Below the pieces are notes generated by a model, which was not told the origin of the DNA, ran no database searches, and saw only the letters and a program-made list of their open reading frames with translations. Position numbers and translations under genes: made by a program. Positions 35,289-45,668 of a DNA stretch of 64,000 bases are shown here, one piece after another. The DNA comes from a virus. The DNA lies in the IMG/VR virus record IMGVR_UViG_3300027864_000003; one strand, written 5' to 3'. Positions within the stretch are counted from its first letter, which is position 1. Each line of letters begins with the position of its first letter.

Positions 35289-36418
35289 AGCGGGAAGGTT
35301 CAAGGACAGTACTCGCGGCCGCCCAAAAGAGAATAATAAACGCATTTTCCAACGGAAAGAAAGTTTATGTTTCTTTTTCGGGCGGAAAAGATTCGCTGTG
35401 CCTGTTGGATCTGATATTAAATCTGGTCGCGCAGGGTAAAATAAACCCGAAACAAATGATTGTCGAATTCATCGATGAAGAAGCGATATTCGATTGCATT
35501 GAACAGTCGGTATTAACATGGCGTAAAAAGGTACTGCTTGCAGGCGCTCAGTTTAACTGGTTCTGTTTGGAAGTACGGCATTTCTCATGTTTCAATTTAT
35601 TAGAGCAAGATGAGAACTTTATATGCTGGGACAGCACACGAAAAACATCATGGGTAAGACAACCGCCGAAATTCGCCATACGGCAGCACAAGTGCATGAA
35701 GAACAGGGTAAATACATATCAGGATTTTTTGGTAAAACACAATGCGGACGGTATCTGCATTACAGGCGTGAGAATGGCAGAATCGTTACAGCGGTCAAAA
35801 TATATGACGGCATCATTCTCCTCAAAAACAGGTTTAGCCCGGGGGAATATGGTTTGGGCAATATACGATTGGAAAGATACGGATGTTTGGCGGTATCTGA
35901 ACGAAAGGCAAATAACAATTCCGGACATTTATTTATACCTGTACCAATCGGGAAGCTCGTTAAAAAACCTTCGTGTTTCTCAATTCTTCTCTGTAGACAC
36001 CGCGAAGTCATTGGTAAAAATGAATGAATACTACCCGGATTTAATGGACAGAATAATCCGCAGAGAGCCGAACGCATATCTTGCGGCATTATATTGGGAC
36101 AGCGAAATGTTCCGACATTCCTCAAGAAAACGCAGAGAACTTGAAGAAAAAAAGGATTATAAGATTGAGGTGTTCAAATTATTAAACAATCCGAAAAAAA
36201 ACTTTCTGACAAAAGGTTCTTTAGGTAACGCTCAGAGGATAATTCAAACGCTCATTAAGTACGGACCGATAATAAACGACAGAGTTTACAAAACAATTTA
36301 CGACTGCCTTGTAGGGGGAGATCCAAAACAGAGAACTCTCAGGGCAATAATTACCAATATCAATATGATTTATTCCCAAGAAAACAAGAATAAAAAAGGA
36401 AAACATCATGGAAAATAA
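35279..36418 (+). CDS. PAPS-reductase-family (IbrA/DndC-like) adenine-nucleotide alpha hydrolase
   Basis: PP-loop SFSGGKDS, GVRMAESLQR, AIYDWKDTDVW, RVSQFF. Confidence 0.9.
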   Translation: MVIKREGSRTVLAAAQKRIINAFSNGKKVYVSFSGGKDSLCLLDLILNLVAQGKINPKQMIVEFIDEEAIFDCIEQSVLTWRKKVLLAGAQFNWFCLEVRHFSCFNLLEQDENFICWDSTRKTSWVRQPPKFAIRQHKCMKNRVNTYQDFLVKHNADGICITGVRMAESLQRSKYMTASFSSKTGLARGNMVWAIYDWKDTDVWRYLNERQITIPDIYLYLYQSGSSLKNLRVSQFFSVDTAKSLVKMNEYYPDLMDRIIRREPNAYLAALYWDSEMFRHSSRKRRELEEKKDYKIEVFKLLNNPKKNFLTKGSLGNAQRIIQTLIKYGPIINDRVYKTIYDCLVGGDPKQRTLRAIITNINMIYSQENKNKKGKHHGK

Positions 36419-36929
36419 ATTAACCGCACCGCTTTCTACTCTGCAATGGGTAGATAGGGATTTATTAAAACCCAATAATTACAACCCGAACAAAGTTTCA
36501 AGAGAAAATCTTAACCTTCTTACCCAATCAATCCTCAGTAACGGCTGGACTTTGCCTATTGTTTGCAGGCCTGATTACACGATTATTGACGGTTTTCACC
36601 GCTGGACTGTCTCCGGAGAGGAGCCGTTAAAAACACAACTTAAAAATAAAGTGCCAATCGTAATAGTAAAACACGCAGACGAGTCAGGAGATATTTACGG
36701 CACAGTAACCCATAACCGAGCAAGAGGAACTCATCTACTCGAACCGATGAAGAACATCGTAAAGAAATTGATTACTCAGGGAAAAACTGTTAAAGAAATC
36801 GGTAAGGAACTGGGAATGAAACCAGAGGAGATATTCCGATTGTCCGACATCTCAAAAGAACAGTTCCTGCAGTTTATGGCTTCCCGTTCCGATAGTTATT
36901 CCAAAGAACTCTACATGAGAAAAGTGTAA
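36408..36929 (+). CDS. ParB-like nuclease domain protein (IbrB-like)
   Basis: PNNYNPNKV...NGWTLPIV..IIDGFHRW...TVTHNRARG. Confidence 0.9.
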   Translation: MENKLTAPLSTLQWVDRDLLKPNNYNPNKVSRENLNLLTQSILSNGWTLPIVCRPDYTIIDGFHRWTVSGEEPLKTQLKNKVPIVIVKHADESGDIYGTVTHNRARGTHLLEPMKNIVKKLITQGKTVKEIGKELGMKPEEIFRLSDISKEQFLQFMASRSDSYSKELYMRKV

Positions 36930-37012
36930 AAAACTGTACGACTTGCATTTTCCCAATATTGTTATATACTTTTTTTTGTAAATCGGTAAAACGAGGAATA
37001 TACGAGGATTAC

Positions 37013-37462
37013 ATGGTTAATGAAAAATCTCTGGCAAACTTAAAGAAGGGGAGAAAATTCTCAAGTGATACACAGCCCGATAATCCGGGCAGGAAACCGT
37101 CTGTGTTGAATATTATTAAAACCAGCGGTATATCCATTACCGATATAAGGCAGATTATTGACGGCATTCTTTGGGAATATTCCCCCGGGGAAATTGCAAA
37201 ACTATTAAAAGACAAAGAAAATCCTTTGCCAATGGGCGTAACTTTAATATTGGGTGCGCTTATCAGCGATCAAAAAAAGACTTGCCTTTATAACTGGGAA
37301 ATATTGATGAACAGATCACATGGCAAAGCAACGCAGACTATTGATATTCCTCCTGATACATTGGCAAGGGTCACAATGACATCGGAAGAACGCCGATTGA
37401 GAATTGAGGAGCTGTTAAATAAGGGTGAGTCAAAATCAAAAATCAAATCTAAAAAATCTTAA
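37013..37462 (+). CDS. terS: terminase small subunit (putative)
   Basis: SLANLKKGRKF...NPGRKP motif; directly upstream of terL; TTGCAT-N16-TATACT at 36943-36970. Confidence 0.65.
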   Translation: MVNEKSLANLKKGRKFSSDTQPDNPGRKPSVLNIIKTSGISITDIRQIIDGILWEYSPGEIAKLLKDKENPLPMGVTLILGALISDQKKTCLYNWEILMNRSHGKATQTIDIPPDTLARVTMTSEERRLRIEELLNKGESKSKIKSKKS

Positions 37463-38759
37463 TGACGAGGAACAGGAAGAGCTTCTGTATCTTCTTGAAC
37501 AGGAGGAACTTGAGAGAGTAACTCCGAAAATGGAGCAATTCCGGCAACCGAAGCGTTTTAAATTAGGAAAAGGCGGACGTGCTGCAGGTGCTAAGTCATG
37601 GTCATGTGTTTCTCTTCTCGTTCAAAAAGGAAATGTAGAGCCGATACGTGTCGCTTGTTTCCGCGAAGTACAGGCATCGTTAAAAGAATCCAGTTATTCA
37701 TTGGTTGTAGACACAATAAAACGATTACGTTATCCAGGCTGGATTGTAAACAGAGATTCGATATATTCTCCTGCAGGTGCTTATTTTATTTTCAAAGGAT
37801 TAAACGATTTAAGAGCCGCAAGTCAGGTAAAAAGTTTTGAAGCGTTTGATATTTTCTTTTTGGAAGAGGCATCCGCAATATCAAAAGAATCATTAAAAAT
37901 ATTAATTCCCACTTTGCGTAAAGAAGGTTCGGAATTGTGGGCTATATGGAATCCTGAGACAGAATTTGATCCTGTTAACACAGAATTATGGCTGGCGGAT
38001 CGTGATGATGTGCTGAAAGTAGAACTTGAACCCGGAAATATTGACAATGAATGGTTCCCGGATGTTCTGCAAAAAGAAATGGATACGGATTATAAAAACA
38101 ATCCCGATGAAGCAGAACACACATGGGGAGGGGCGCCCCGTAAGCAGGGTGATAATGCAGTCATGAGTCGTGTACATATAAGGGGAGCTGCCAATCGTGA
38201 TGTAGAGGAAACGGATCCAGATGAAATCGGTGTTGACGTAGGCAGATTTGGAAGTGATAAGACTCAAATGTATAGGCGCCGCGGATTCAAAACGATAGCG
38301 CATAAAGAATTGGCAAAAAAAGATACGCAATATGTTGCGAAGGTTGTATGGGATTTTGCAGGGAATGATCCAGATATACCTATTAAGGTTGACGATACGG
38401 GTGTCGGCGGTGGAGTTACCGACAAGCTTAATGAATTAGGCGCAAATGTTATACCGATTAATTTTAACGGCGAACCGAAAAATAAAAAGAAATACGGCAC
38501 TGTCGCAGATGAAATGTGGCTGGAGTTTCCGATTGATGAAGCCAGCATACCGAATGATCCGCAGTTGTTACAGGAATTGGGAGGAAGGCTATATGATTAT
38601 GACCGCAAGGGACGTAAACAGGTAGAGCAAAAAAAAGTATTCAAGAAACGATTAGGGCGATCCCCCGACAAAGCGGATGCGCTGCTGTTGTGCTTTTATA
38701 CAGGCTATCATAGGGAAACTGGATCGAGTGTAGGCGAAGCGGAAACCGAATATGAATAA
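37425..38759 (+). CDS. terL: terminase large subunit (PBSX-like)
   Basis: GGRAAGAKS Walker A, CFREVQ, FFLEEA Walker B, WNPE, GVDVGRFGSD, SPDKADAL. Confidence 0.95.
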   Translation: MSQNQKSNLKNLNDEEQEELLYLLEQEELERVTPKMEQFRQPKRFKLGKGGRAAGAKSWSCVSLLVQKGNVEPIRVACFREVQASLKESSYSLVVDTIKRLRYPGWIVNRDSIYSPAGAYFIFKGLNDLRAASQVKSFEAFDIFFLEEASAISKESLKILIPTLRKEGSELWAIWNPETEFDPVNTELWLADRDDVLKVELEPGNIDNEWFPDVLQKEMDTDYKNNPDEAEHTWGGAPRKQGDNAVMSRVHIRGAANRDVEETDPDEIGVDVGRFGSDKTQMYRRRGFKTIAHKELAKKDTQYVAKVVWDFAGNDPDIPIKVDDTGVGGGVTDKLNELGANVIPINFNGEPKNKKKYGTVADEMWLEFPIDEASIPNDPQLLQELGGRLYDYDRKGRKQVEQKKVFKKRLGRSPDKADALLLCFYTGYHRETGSSVGEAETEYE

Positions 38760-38912
38760 TAAAATATTTTTTTGTTTAGTATTGCTAAGTAAATATCAAT
38801 GTAGTATATATTAACTAAGGGTGGTTTCAAAAATTAAAAAGACGCGGTCTTTGTGTTATTCAGCATTGTAATAATGCTGTTTAATATATTTTGATTTGGG
38901 GGGAAATTACTC

Positions 38913-39134
38913 ATGGAAGCACTGTCGAAACGTCAACAGGAAGTTTATGACTTCATAAATGACTATCATGTAACAAACGGAATAGGTCCGTCATTGGCTG
39001 ATATAGCCAGCGGGCTTAACCTTGCTAATTCTACCATTGCAACGTATGTTGAAAATCTGCGAAAGAAAAAACGCGTAACCAGTATCCCGGGTGTGCCGAG
39101 ATCGCTTAAAGTTGTACCTGCGGTCATTGCGTAA
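38913..39134 (+). CDS. second LexA DNA-binding-domain-only protein
   Basis: LSKRQQEVYDFI...GPSLADIA...VPRSLKV. Confidence 0.85.
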   Translation: MEALSKRQQEVYDFINDYHVTNGIGPSLADIASGLNLANSTIATYVENLRKKKRVTSIPGVPRSLKVVPAVIA

Positions 39135-39136
39135 TT

Positions 39137-40185
39137 ATGGGTAACTGCACATTTTGTATTGATCGTGATAAATGTACGGAACAAACTCTCAGAGAATCCA
39201 TGTCAGGTAAATATTCTGCCACTATGTTATGCGGTTTGCCAAGATATAATGCCGATGATATGGAAACCAAAACAATTAAGGTAGTTCAACTTGTAACAAT
39301 TGTAACAATAAATTGCATTAGAAATACTTGTAAAGGTTGTATACAACAATTTGATATAAATTTATTTAATGAAAAAGTAAACCGTTGCAGACTTTTTCCG
39401 CATGAGAAAAGAGACAGAAATGCGAACGGTGATTATATCAGATGCGCTTCATGTTTTGCTAATGAAGTAAAAGCCTGATAGGGGGGTGGAGATATTATGA
39501 CAGAGGTTAAATTAGTTCCCGCTGAAAGAACGCTAAAAACAACAGAGTTAATCAAATGCGGTTGCGATGTTAATTTACAGCAAAGGCATGGGTTTTATAT
39601 TGGTGACAGAAAAGTAGTGCAGATATATTGTCCGAAATGCAGAGAGAGCGCAATCGGGTATACAGCAGATGAAGCAAAAGACAATTGGAATCAAAAAATG
39701 GGAAAAAAGAATACCGCTTAAAACGGCTTTTTTAACGCTAACCGTATACAACAGCGGTTTAGCCCCGTAAAGTTTGATATTTCTACCTACAGGTAGGTTT
39801 TAGGGCAATCTAGGAAAGGTTTGAAATGGCTGAAAATCAAGAAAATAGCGATAGAAAATTCACCTTAATAAAAAATGACAATGGTAAGACCAGCGAGAGA
39901 GTCATATCAATAAAAGTCAGAAAGCATTACAATCAATTTGACGGCAGTTGTGAACACAATAATGTTGTCATTGATGAAGGTTTATGGCGTATAGAGTGTG
40001 AGGACTGTAAAGAATTATTAGACCCTATTCAATATCTGGTAAACATTGCCAAAGAAGAAAATTTGGCTGATTACAGATTACATCAGTTACAAATAGCTTG
40101 TGCAGAATTAGAAAAAAAGACACGAACAAAATGTCAGCATTGCGGTAAAATGACACATATATATCTGAGGTCATCTTATGATTAA
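39137..40185 (+). other. three small Cys-rich hypothetical genes (39137-39478, 39497-39721, 39826-40185)
   Basis: CxxC pairs; SDs present. Confidence 0.6.
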
Positions 40186-40320
40186 AGTTCATACTCTTAA
40201 CAAACGGAAAAAGCGCAAACTAAAAAATTATAAAAGAGATTTAAAATTAAAATCAAAAAAATATTATAAAAACCTGTCGCTGGAAATCAATATGCCTTTT
40301 TGGGGAGATGAGGATTTAAC

Positions 40321-40656
40321 ATGATAAAAATAAACATAACACTTGATCAAAAAGGCATATTAAAAACCTGTCTGGCTTCCGGTCATGCAAATGCCGGAAA
40401 AATCGGTAATGATATTGTGTGCGCTGCGGTTACTGTCCTTATGAGAACCGCAACGAATATTCTCTCAAATCAAGAGGGAATAACAATTAAAAGCAGCGCC
40501 CCGAAAAAAGGGAAGCTCGGTTTTAATGTTGAATATAGCACAGCGGAAGGTTTGGTATTTCTCTATCATACAAGCATATTCTTAATTGACGGATTAAAGT
40601 CTGTCGCACAAGAGTTTCCGAAAAACTGCAATCTTATTATCCAGCGCCTAAAATAA
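40321..40656 (+). CDS. prp: ribosomal-processing cysteine protease Prp (DUF464) family
   Basis: ASGHA...NDIVCAAVT (His and Cys catalytic motifs)...GLKSVAQEFPKN. Confidence 0.9.
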   Translation: MIKINITLDQKGILKTCLASGHANAGKIGNDIVCAAVTVLMRTATNILSNQEGITIKSSAPKKGKLGFNVEYSTAEGLVFLYHTSIFLIDGLKSVAQEFPKNCNLIIQRLK

Positions 40657-40724
40657 TTAGTATATATCTACTAAGTAAATATATCCGAATTGCACCAGCT
40701 TAACGCTGAGCATATAGTCGAAAT

Positions 40725-42266
40725 ATGCCAGTAAATAGTCAAAGCGCATTATATCAGAAAAATATTCGCAGATGGAATGTTGTTCGTGATTGTGTTGACG
40801 GACAGGAATCGATCCAAATCGGCGGAGTTAAATATCTTCCAAAACCTGCAGGGCAGAGCAAAGAAGATTATCAGAATTATCAAGCGCGCGCTGTATTCTT
40901 TGACGGAACGAGCCGAACCGCTGAGGGATTGCATGGTCATATTTTCGCCAAAGATCCGGTACAAGCAGGGGAAGATAAATTAACCGAAGCAGCGAAAGAA
41001 ATATTGAAAGATATTGACGGCGCATGTTCAGGCATTGACGAATATATCTCCGGAACAACATGGGATTCAATTCAAACAGGTTTCGGCGGACATCTTGTAG
41101 ATCATACTCCTGTTGAACCGGGTACATCAGTTGCGGAAAAGAAAGGCAGAGCGTATTTAAAATGGTATTCAGCAGAATCAATTTATTTACATAAATATTC
41201 GGCAATAAATGGAGTTAAAAAACTCTCAAAGGTTATTCTCCGCGAAGATGTTGAAGAGGAAGATCCGAAAGATGAATTCAATACAGTAATGACAGAAGCA
41301 TATCGCGTTTTATCATTTGACAAAGAAGGCAAATACATACAGCGTGTTTACAAAAAAAGTAGTGATGATAAAAAATCAGGCTTTGTACAAGATGGCTTAA
41401 CAATAAAACCAGAGATTAACGGAGTGCGTCTCGATTTTATTCCTTTCTTCACAAGCCCCGGAGAAGACCCCGAAAAATCAATGTTACTCGGTCTTGCTTA
41501 TGAAAACATCGGGCATTATCAGAAAACCGCTGAATATGAAAACGGATTATTTTACACAAGCGTTCCTACTCTTGTTGTCGAAAACATGGAAACACCGACG
41601 ATAGAAGAAGAATACAAAACAAAAGACGCAGAAGGAAAGGTAATTACAAAAAAAAGAAAAATCAAAGTAACCATTACTATGGGCGGGTCTACTGCAAAGT
41701 TTTTCTGTCAATACAACAAAGACGGTACATTCGCTGATGTTCGCGTTAAGTATGTGGAGTTCACAGGCGCCGGTATTGGTGAAATATTAAAAGCCCTTAA
41801 CGCCTGCCTTGATCGCATGGCGAAACTCGGTATACAGGCGATAGGTTCTGAAAAGAAAGGCGTTGAAACCGCAGAGGTAGCGCAGTTACATCGCGCCGCA
41901 GAGAACGGTGTGTTAGGTGCATTTGCCAGAAGTTCAAGCAATAGAGCAACGGAAGCTGTAAGGTTAATGTTGAAATGGAATCTTCCTAAAGAGAATGTAG
42001 ATGCCTGGTCATACCAGCTTAATACAGATTTCGATTACAAAGGTTTATCAGCGCAGATACTTACAATCATGTATAACGCGCGACAGTCAAACGAAATACC
42101 GAGAAGCGTATGGTTTGACACCTTGAAGAAACATGGCATTGTGCCTGAAGAAATGACGTATGAGCAATTCGTAGAGAAGATCCAAATAGACAATACAGGC
42201 GGACATGGTCCTTACGGAGATGGTGACGAAAAGAACGATGATAATTTGACTTTATTAAATCAATGA
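40725..42266 (+). CDS. portal protein (DUF4055-like)
   Basis: RWNVVRDCVDG...YLPKP...YQARAVF; position after terL. Confidence 0.85.
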   Translation: MPVNSQSALYQKNIRRWNVVRDCVDGQESIQIGGVKYLPKPAGQSKEDYQNYQARAVFFDGTSRTAEGLHGHIFAKDPVQAGEDKLTEAAKEILKDIDGACSGIDEYISGTTWDSIQTGFGGHLVDHTPVEPGTSVAEKKGRAYLKWYSAESIYLHKYSAINGVKKLSKVILREDVEEEDPKDEFNTVMTEAYRVLSFDKEGKYIQRVYKKSSDDKKSGFVQDGLTIKPEINGVRLDFIPFFTSPGEDPEKSMLLGLAYENIGHYQKTAEYENGLFYTSVPTLVVENMETPTIEEEYKTKDAEGKVITKKRKIKVTITMGGSTAKFFCQYNKDGTFADVRVKYVEFTGAGIGEILKALNACLDRMAKLGIQAIGSEKKGVETAEVAQLHRAAENGVLGAFARSSSNRATEAVRLMLKWNLPKENVDAWSYQLNTDFDYKGLSAQILTIMYNARQSNEIPRSVWFDTLKKHGIVPEEMTYEQFVEKIQIDNTGGHGPYGDGDEKNDDNLTLLNQ

Positions 42267-42273
42267 GGTATAA

Positions 42274-42786
42274 ATGCTTGAATACGCAAAAAAGTATGAA
42301 CTTAAATTAAAAGAGTTATACTGGGATATAGCCTTTGATTCGCATTATCAATATAGACAAAGCTCTCCGCATAGAGATGATTTTGAATTGCCAAAGGATA
42401 CATATAGTCAAAATGATTTTGTATCAATTTGGCAAGGTGAAATAATAGGACATATTAATTACAGTATTAACAGATCGGCAAACTGTATAGATAATTTAAC
42501 CTGCGTACATTTTGGAAATAACAACTCATACACATTTGCAAAAGACTTAATTACTGCCATTAAAAATATATTTGAAAAATACAAATTTAATAAATTATGC
42601 TTTTGTGTTGTTGTAGGAAATCCCATTGAAAAAACTTATGATAAGTTGGTAAAAAAATATGGTGGTAGAATTGTAGGAATTTGGAAGCAGGATAGAAAGT
42701 TATTAGACGGTAATCTGCATGACGTTAAATGTTATGAAATACTTGCTGAGGATTATTTCAAATCAATAAATAAAATTGAGAAATAA
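42274..42786 (+). CDS. GNAT/RimJ-like acetyltransferase-fold protein
   Basis: IIGHINY, KYKFNKLCF.VVVGNP...KYGGRIVG...LHDVKCYEIL. Confidence 0.6.
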   Translation: MLEYAKKYELKLKELYWDIAFDSHYQYRQSSPHRDDFELPKDTYSQNDFVSIWQGEIIGHINYSINRSANCIDNLTCVHFGNNNSYTFAKDLITAIKNIFEKYKFNKLCFCVVVGNPIEKTYDKLVKKYGGRIVGIWKQDRKLLDGNLHDVKCYEILAEDYFKSINKIEK

Positions 42787-44376
42787 ATGGCAAGAGAAGT
42801 ATATGATCGAAGAAGTGGGCGCGATAATCTCCGCGACATTTATCTCCGCCATGGAATAAATCTCACCCGCTATTCAACAAATCAAGCCAGGGAACTAATA
42901 AAGATACTCGATACCTCAAATAAACAAGTCCGGGGCATTATCAGACGCGCTAAATCAATCGAAACAAAAAACCAGTACCGAAGCGTTGCCGCAGAAATCC
43001 GCAGTATAACAAAAGAATTAAATCAGCAATTATCGGGACAGCTTGAACTTGATTTTAAGGCTTTGGCAGAACAGGAAGCAATGTTTGTAAAAAATGCCGC
43101 GCATAATGTCGGCGTAACTGCAAACTTTAATCTTCCTGCGCCTGAAAAAATTTGGGCAGCGGCAAGTTTCGGAAGTTATACCAATGAAGGACGAGAAACA
43201 TTTAAAACTTATCTTAACGGCTTGACTGATAATTTTTATAAAACATGGGACACGAATGTACGCGCAGGTTATATAACAGGCCTTACGGCACAGCAGATAA
43301 ACAGAAATGTTCTAGGAAATTTAAATGATTTAGATCCCGGACAAATGCAAACTCTCCGCAGGTCATTGGAAATGAACACGCGAACAATGGTCGCGCATCT
43401 TGCGGAAACGGCAAGAATGGAAACATACAAAAAAAACAGCAGTATATTTTCCGGTTTTAGATATATAGCAACATTAGACAGCAGAACTTGCCTTGTATGC
43501 GGAGAACTTGACGGGCAGATATTTGAAGGCTCAGAACCGCCGGCAGAGCCAGCGTTACCGCAGCATTATAATTGCAGATGTTTATGGCTGCCCGAAATAA
43601 AAGGCATGGAAGGTTTTGACGATGATGATATGCGCGCGTCTGCGGACGGTCCAGTCTCCGCAAATTTGACATATGAAGAATGGCTGAAAACACAACCGCC
43701 GGAAGTACAGCGCGATATTTTAGGACCGACACGATTTGAAATGTATAAGAATGGAGCTCCTGTTGATGCGTTTGTCGCTGACGGCAGAACATTGACAATA
43801 AAAGACTTAATTGAAATTCAAGTAATGGAATCTCAAAGGTACGGTTTATCAAGTTTAGAAACAAGTCTCGATATACGAAAAGGCGAAGTAATAGATTATG
43901 ATACTGCATACAGAGGAGCGAATCCAAATCGAGGAAATTCAGAATATGACAGGAATTGCCAGCGGTGCGTTCCTACTTATGAATTAAGGCGCAGAGGTTT
44001 TGATGTAATTGCCGCACCGAAACCGGGTATAAATAATCAAGTTGAATTCGGATATGAATGTTTTGAAGGAGCAAGGGAGAGAGTAGTCGGACATCTTAAC
44101 GGCTCAAATTTTGGAGAGGGGGCTTTAAGAAATCAGCTTGGAAGATTGCCTGAAGGATCAAGATGCGGTATTATAATAGCATGGAAAAGCGGAGGCGGTC
44201 ATACAATCGTGAGTGAAAAAATAAACGGAGTAACCAGATTTTTTGATCCGCAGACAAGTCAGGAAACTCCCAATTTCTTCAACAGGGTAAAAATGGGGCA
44301 TATTTCATTTTACCGCATGGACGATCTAAATTTAAGTTCTGACATTGATTGGACAAAAGTAGTAAGGGTAAAATAA
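42787..44376 (+). CDS. MuF (SPP1 gp7-like) minor head protein with C-terminal papain-fold toxin (glutamine deamidase-like) domain
   Basis: MuF motifs ATLDSRTCLVC..LDG, PQHYNCRC; toxin motifs NCQRC...YELRRRG, GGGH, FFDPQ. Confidence 0.85.
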   Translation: MAREVYDRRSGRDNLRDIYLRHGINLTRYSTNQARELIKILDTSNKQVRGIIRRAKSIETKNQYRSVAAEIRSITKELNQQLSGQLELDFKALAEQEAMFVKNAAHNVGVTANFNLPAPEKIWAAASFGSYTNEGRETFKTYLNGLTDNFYKTWDTNVRAGYITGLTAQQINRNVLGNLNDLDPGQMQTLRRSLEMNTRTMVAHLAETARMETYKKNSSIFSGFRYIATLDSRTCLVCGELDGQIFEGSEPPAEPALPQHYNCRCLWLPEIKGMEGFDDDDMRASADGPVSANLTYEEWLKTQPPEVQRDILGPTRFEMYKNGAPVDAFVADGRTLTIKDLIEIQVMESQRYGLSSLETSLDIRKGEVIDYDTAYRGANPNRGNSEYDRNCQRCVPTYELRRRGFDVIAAPKPGINNQVEFGYECFEGARERVVGHLNGSNFGEGALRNQLGRLPEGSRCGIIIAWKSGGGHTIVSEKINGVTRFFDPQTSQETPNFFNRVKMGHISFYRMDDLNLSSDIDWTKVVRVK

Positions 44377-44642
44377 TGACTTTACAAGAAGCGAAAAATA
44401 TTTTGTCAAAAAATTGGTGGACACGCCATCCGCTGGAAAATAGACATAACAATTTTGACATACACATCACCGATGATATAAAAGAAACCGCTGATGATGA
44501 TATTGATTATCCTAATTCTTTTTTATTTAATATATATATCACAGAAAAAAACAAACAGCCGACAGATGAAAACGTATTAGTGGAATTTGCAGTTTCAAAA
44601 AAAGACGGAGACTGCCGCCCGGCAATACGTTGGTCAAAATAA
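44376..44642 (+). CDS. candidate immunity protein (88 aa)
   Basis: TAATG coupling to the MuF toxin stop; small acidic protein. Confidence 0.55.
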   Translation: MTLQEAKNILSKNWWTRHPLENRHNNFDIHITDDIKETADDDIDYPNSFLFNIYITEKNKQPTDENVLVEFAVSKKDGDCRPAIRWSK

Positions 44643-44876
44643 ACAGGACTCCCCGCACCTCTTAACAATGTGTCCCAGGGGAGACATTTTTTACCGCAAG
44701 AATATACTAAGTATACATTTACGAATTGTTATATATTTTTTACGGCATTATATTTAACAAAATTATTATATGAGGTTAAAATCATCGCAAGCATTAGATA
44801 TTATCCAACAGCGGATGGAAGCATGCGTTCACCACAAGTCGGTGAATTTTTCCCCATTGATACAAGGAAGGTTTAC

Positions 44877-45374
44877 ATGGCAGTATTTTTTGATGATGTG
44901 AAAAAAACCAAGTGCCCGGTAAAAGGCTTAACAACCGATGATGATAAAGTTATTGCCTATTTTAGCATTGATACGGCTGATGATCTTATCAAATTGCCCG
45001 GCTTGGATAAAATACGCGGCGGGTCTACTGCGTATGTCATATCCACAGGGCAGGAATTTATACTCGGCACTAACGGATGGTTAGAGAAAAATAATTCCCG
45101 AAAGCTTGTTTTTCAGGGCAACACTTCAAACGCGCAAAATACATCACAGATTATCGGAACTATCACTGATATTGATTTGAGTAAAATTACTGCGGTTAAA
45201 GGTGTTTTAACTACTTCTTACAACAGCAAAATACCATTGAACAGTTCAAATCTTACTGATAACTGGTCTACATACGCTTCTGTTTTAGGGAACGGTAATG
45301 TTATCGTAAGCTGGACTCATCCATCCACAGATTTTGCCAACAGGCCTGTTATTGTAATTGTTGAATACGCATAA
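44877..45374 (+). CDS. hypothetical virion-associated protein (likely start 44877)
   Basis: AAGGAAGG SD before ATG 44877; GSTAYVISTGQEF motif. Confidence 0.6.
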   Translation: MAVFFDDVKKTKCPVKGLTTDDDKVIAYFSIDTADDLIKLPGLDKIRGGSTAYVISTGQEFILGTNGWLEKNNSRKLVFQGNTSNAQNTSQIIGTITDIDLSKITAVKGVLTTSYNSKIPLNSSNLTDNWSTYASVLGNGNVIVSWTHPSTDFANRPVIVIVEYA

Positions 45375-45379
45375 ATTAT

Positions 45380-45467
45380 AAAGCGCAGTTTTGAAGTTAT
45401 GCCGTACGCAATCAGCGGCAAGGGATACAACACCCGCCTCCTCTTTAGAACTGCGCTTTATTTTTTA
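45380..45467 (+). terminator. long hairpin followed by T tract
   Basis: AAAGCGCAGTTTTGAAG ... CTTTAGAACTGCGCTTT then ATTTTTT. Confidence 0.55.
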
Positions 45468-45668
45468 TCGTATATTTATACTAAGTAAATATATCCGAAT
45501 TGCGCACATAATAATTCTATTTTAATTTTTATTTTGTAGACAAAAAATTTTGGCATTGATCAGTAGATCGCGCAGTAGCGTTTTGTCATTATCGTATGTC
45601 TGCATTTTCCTGTGCAGTAGCACAACCGCAGTAGCGGGGAAAATATCTTATCTTTCAGAGGTATTATT

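Noticed and set aside
44670-44876. N-terminal 69 codons of the 234-aa ORF
   Set aside because: Overlap the 24-bp regulatory motif and AT-rich leader; better SD at 44877
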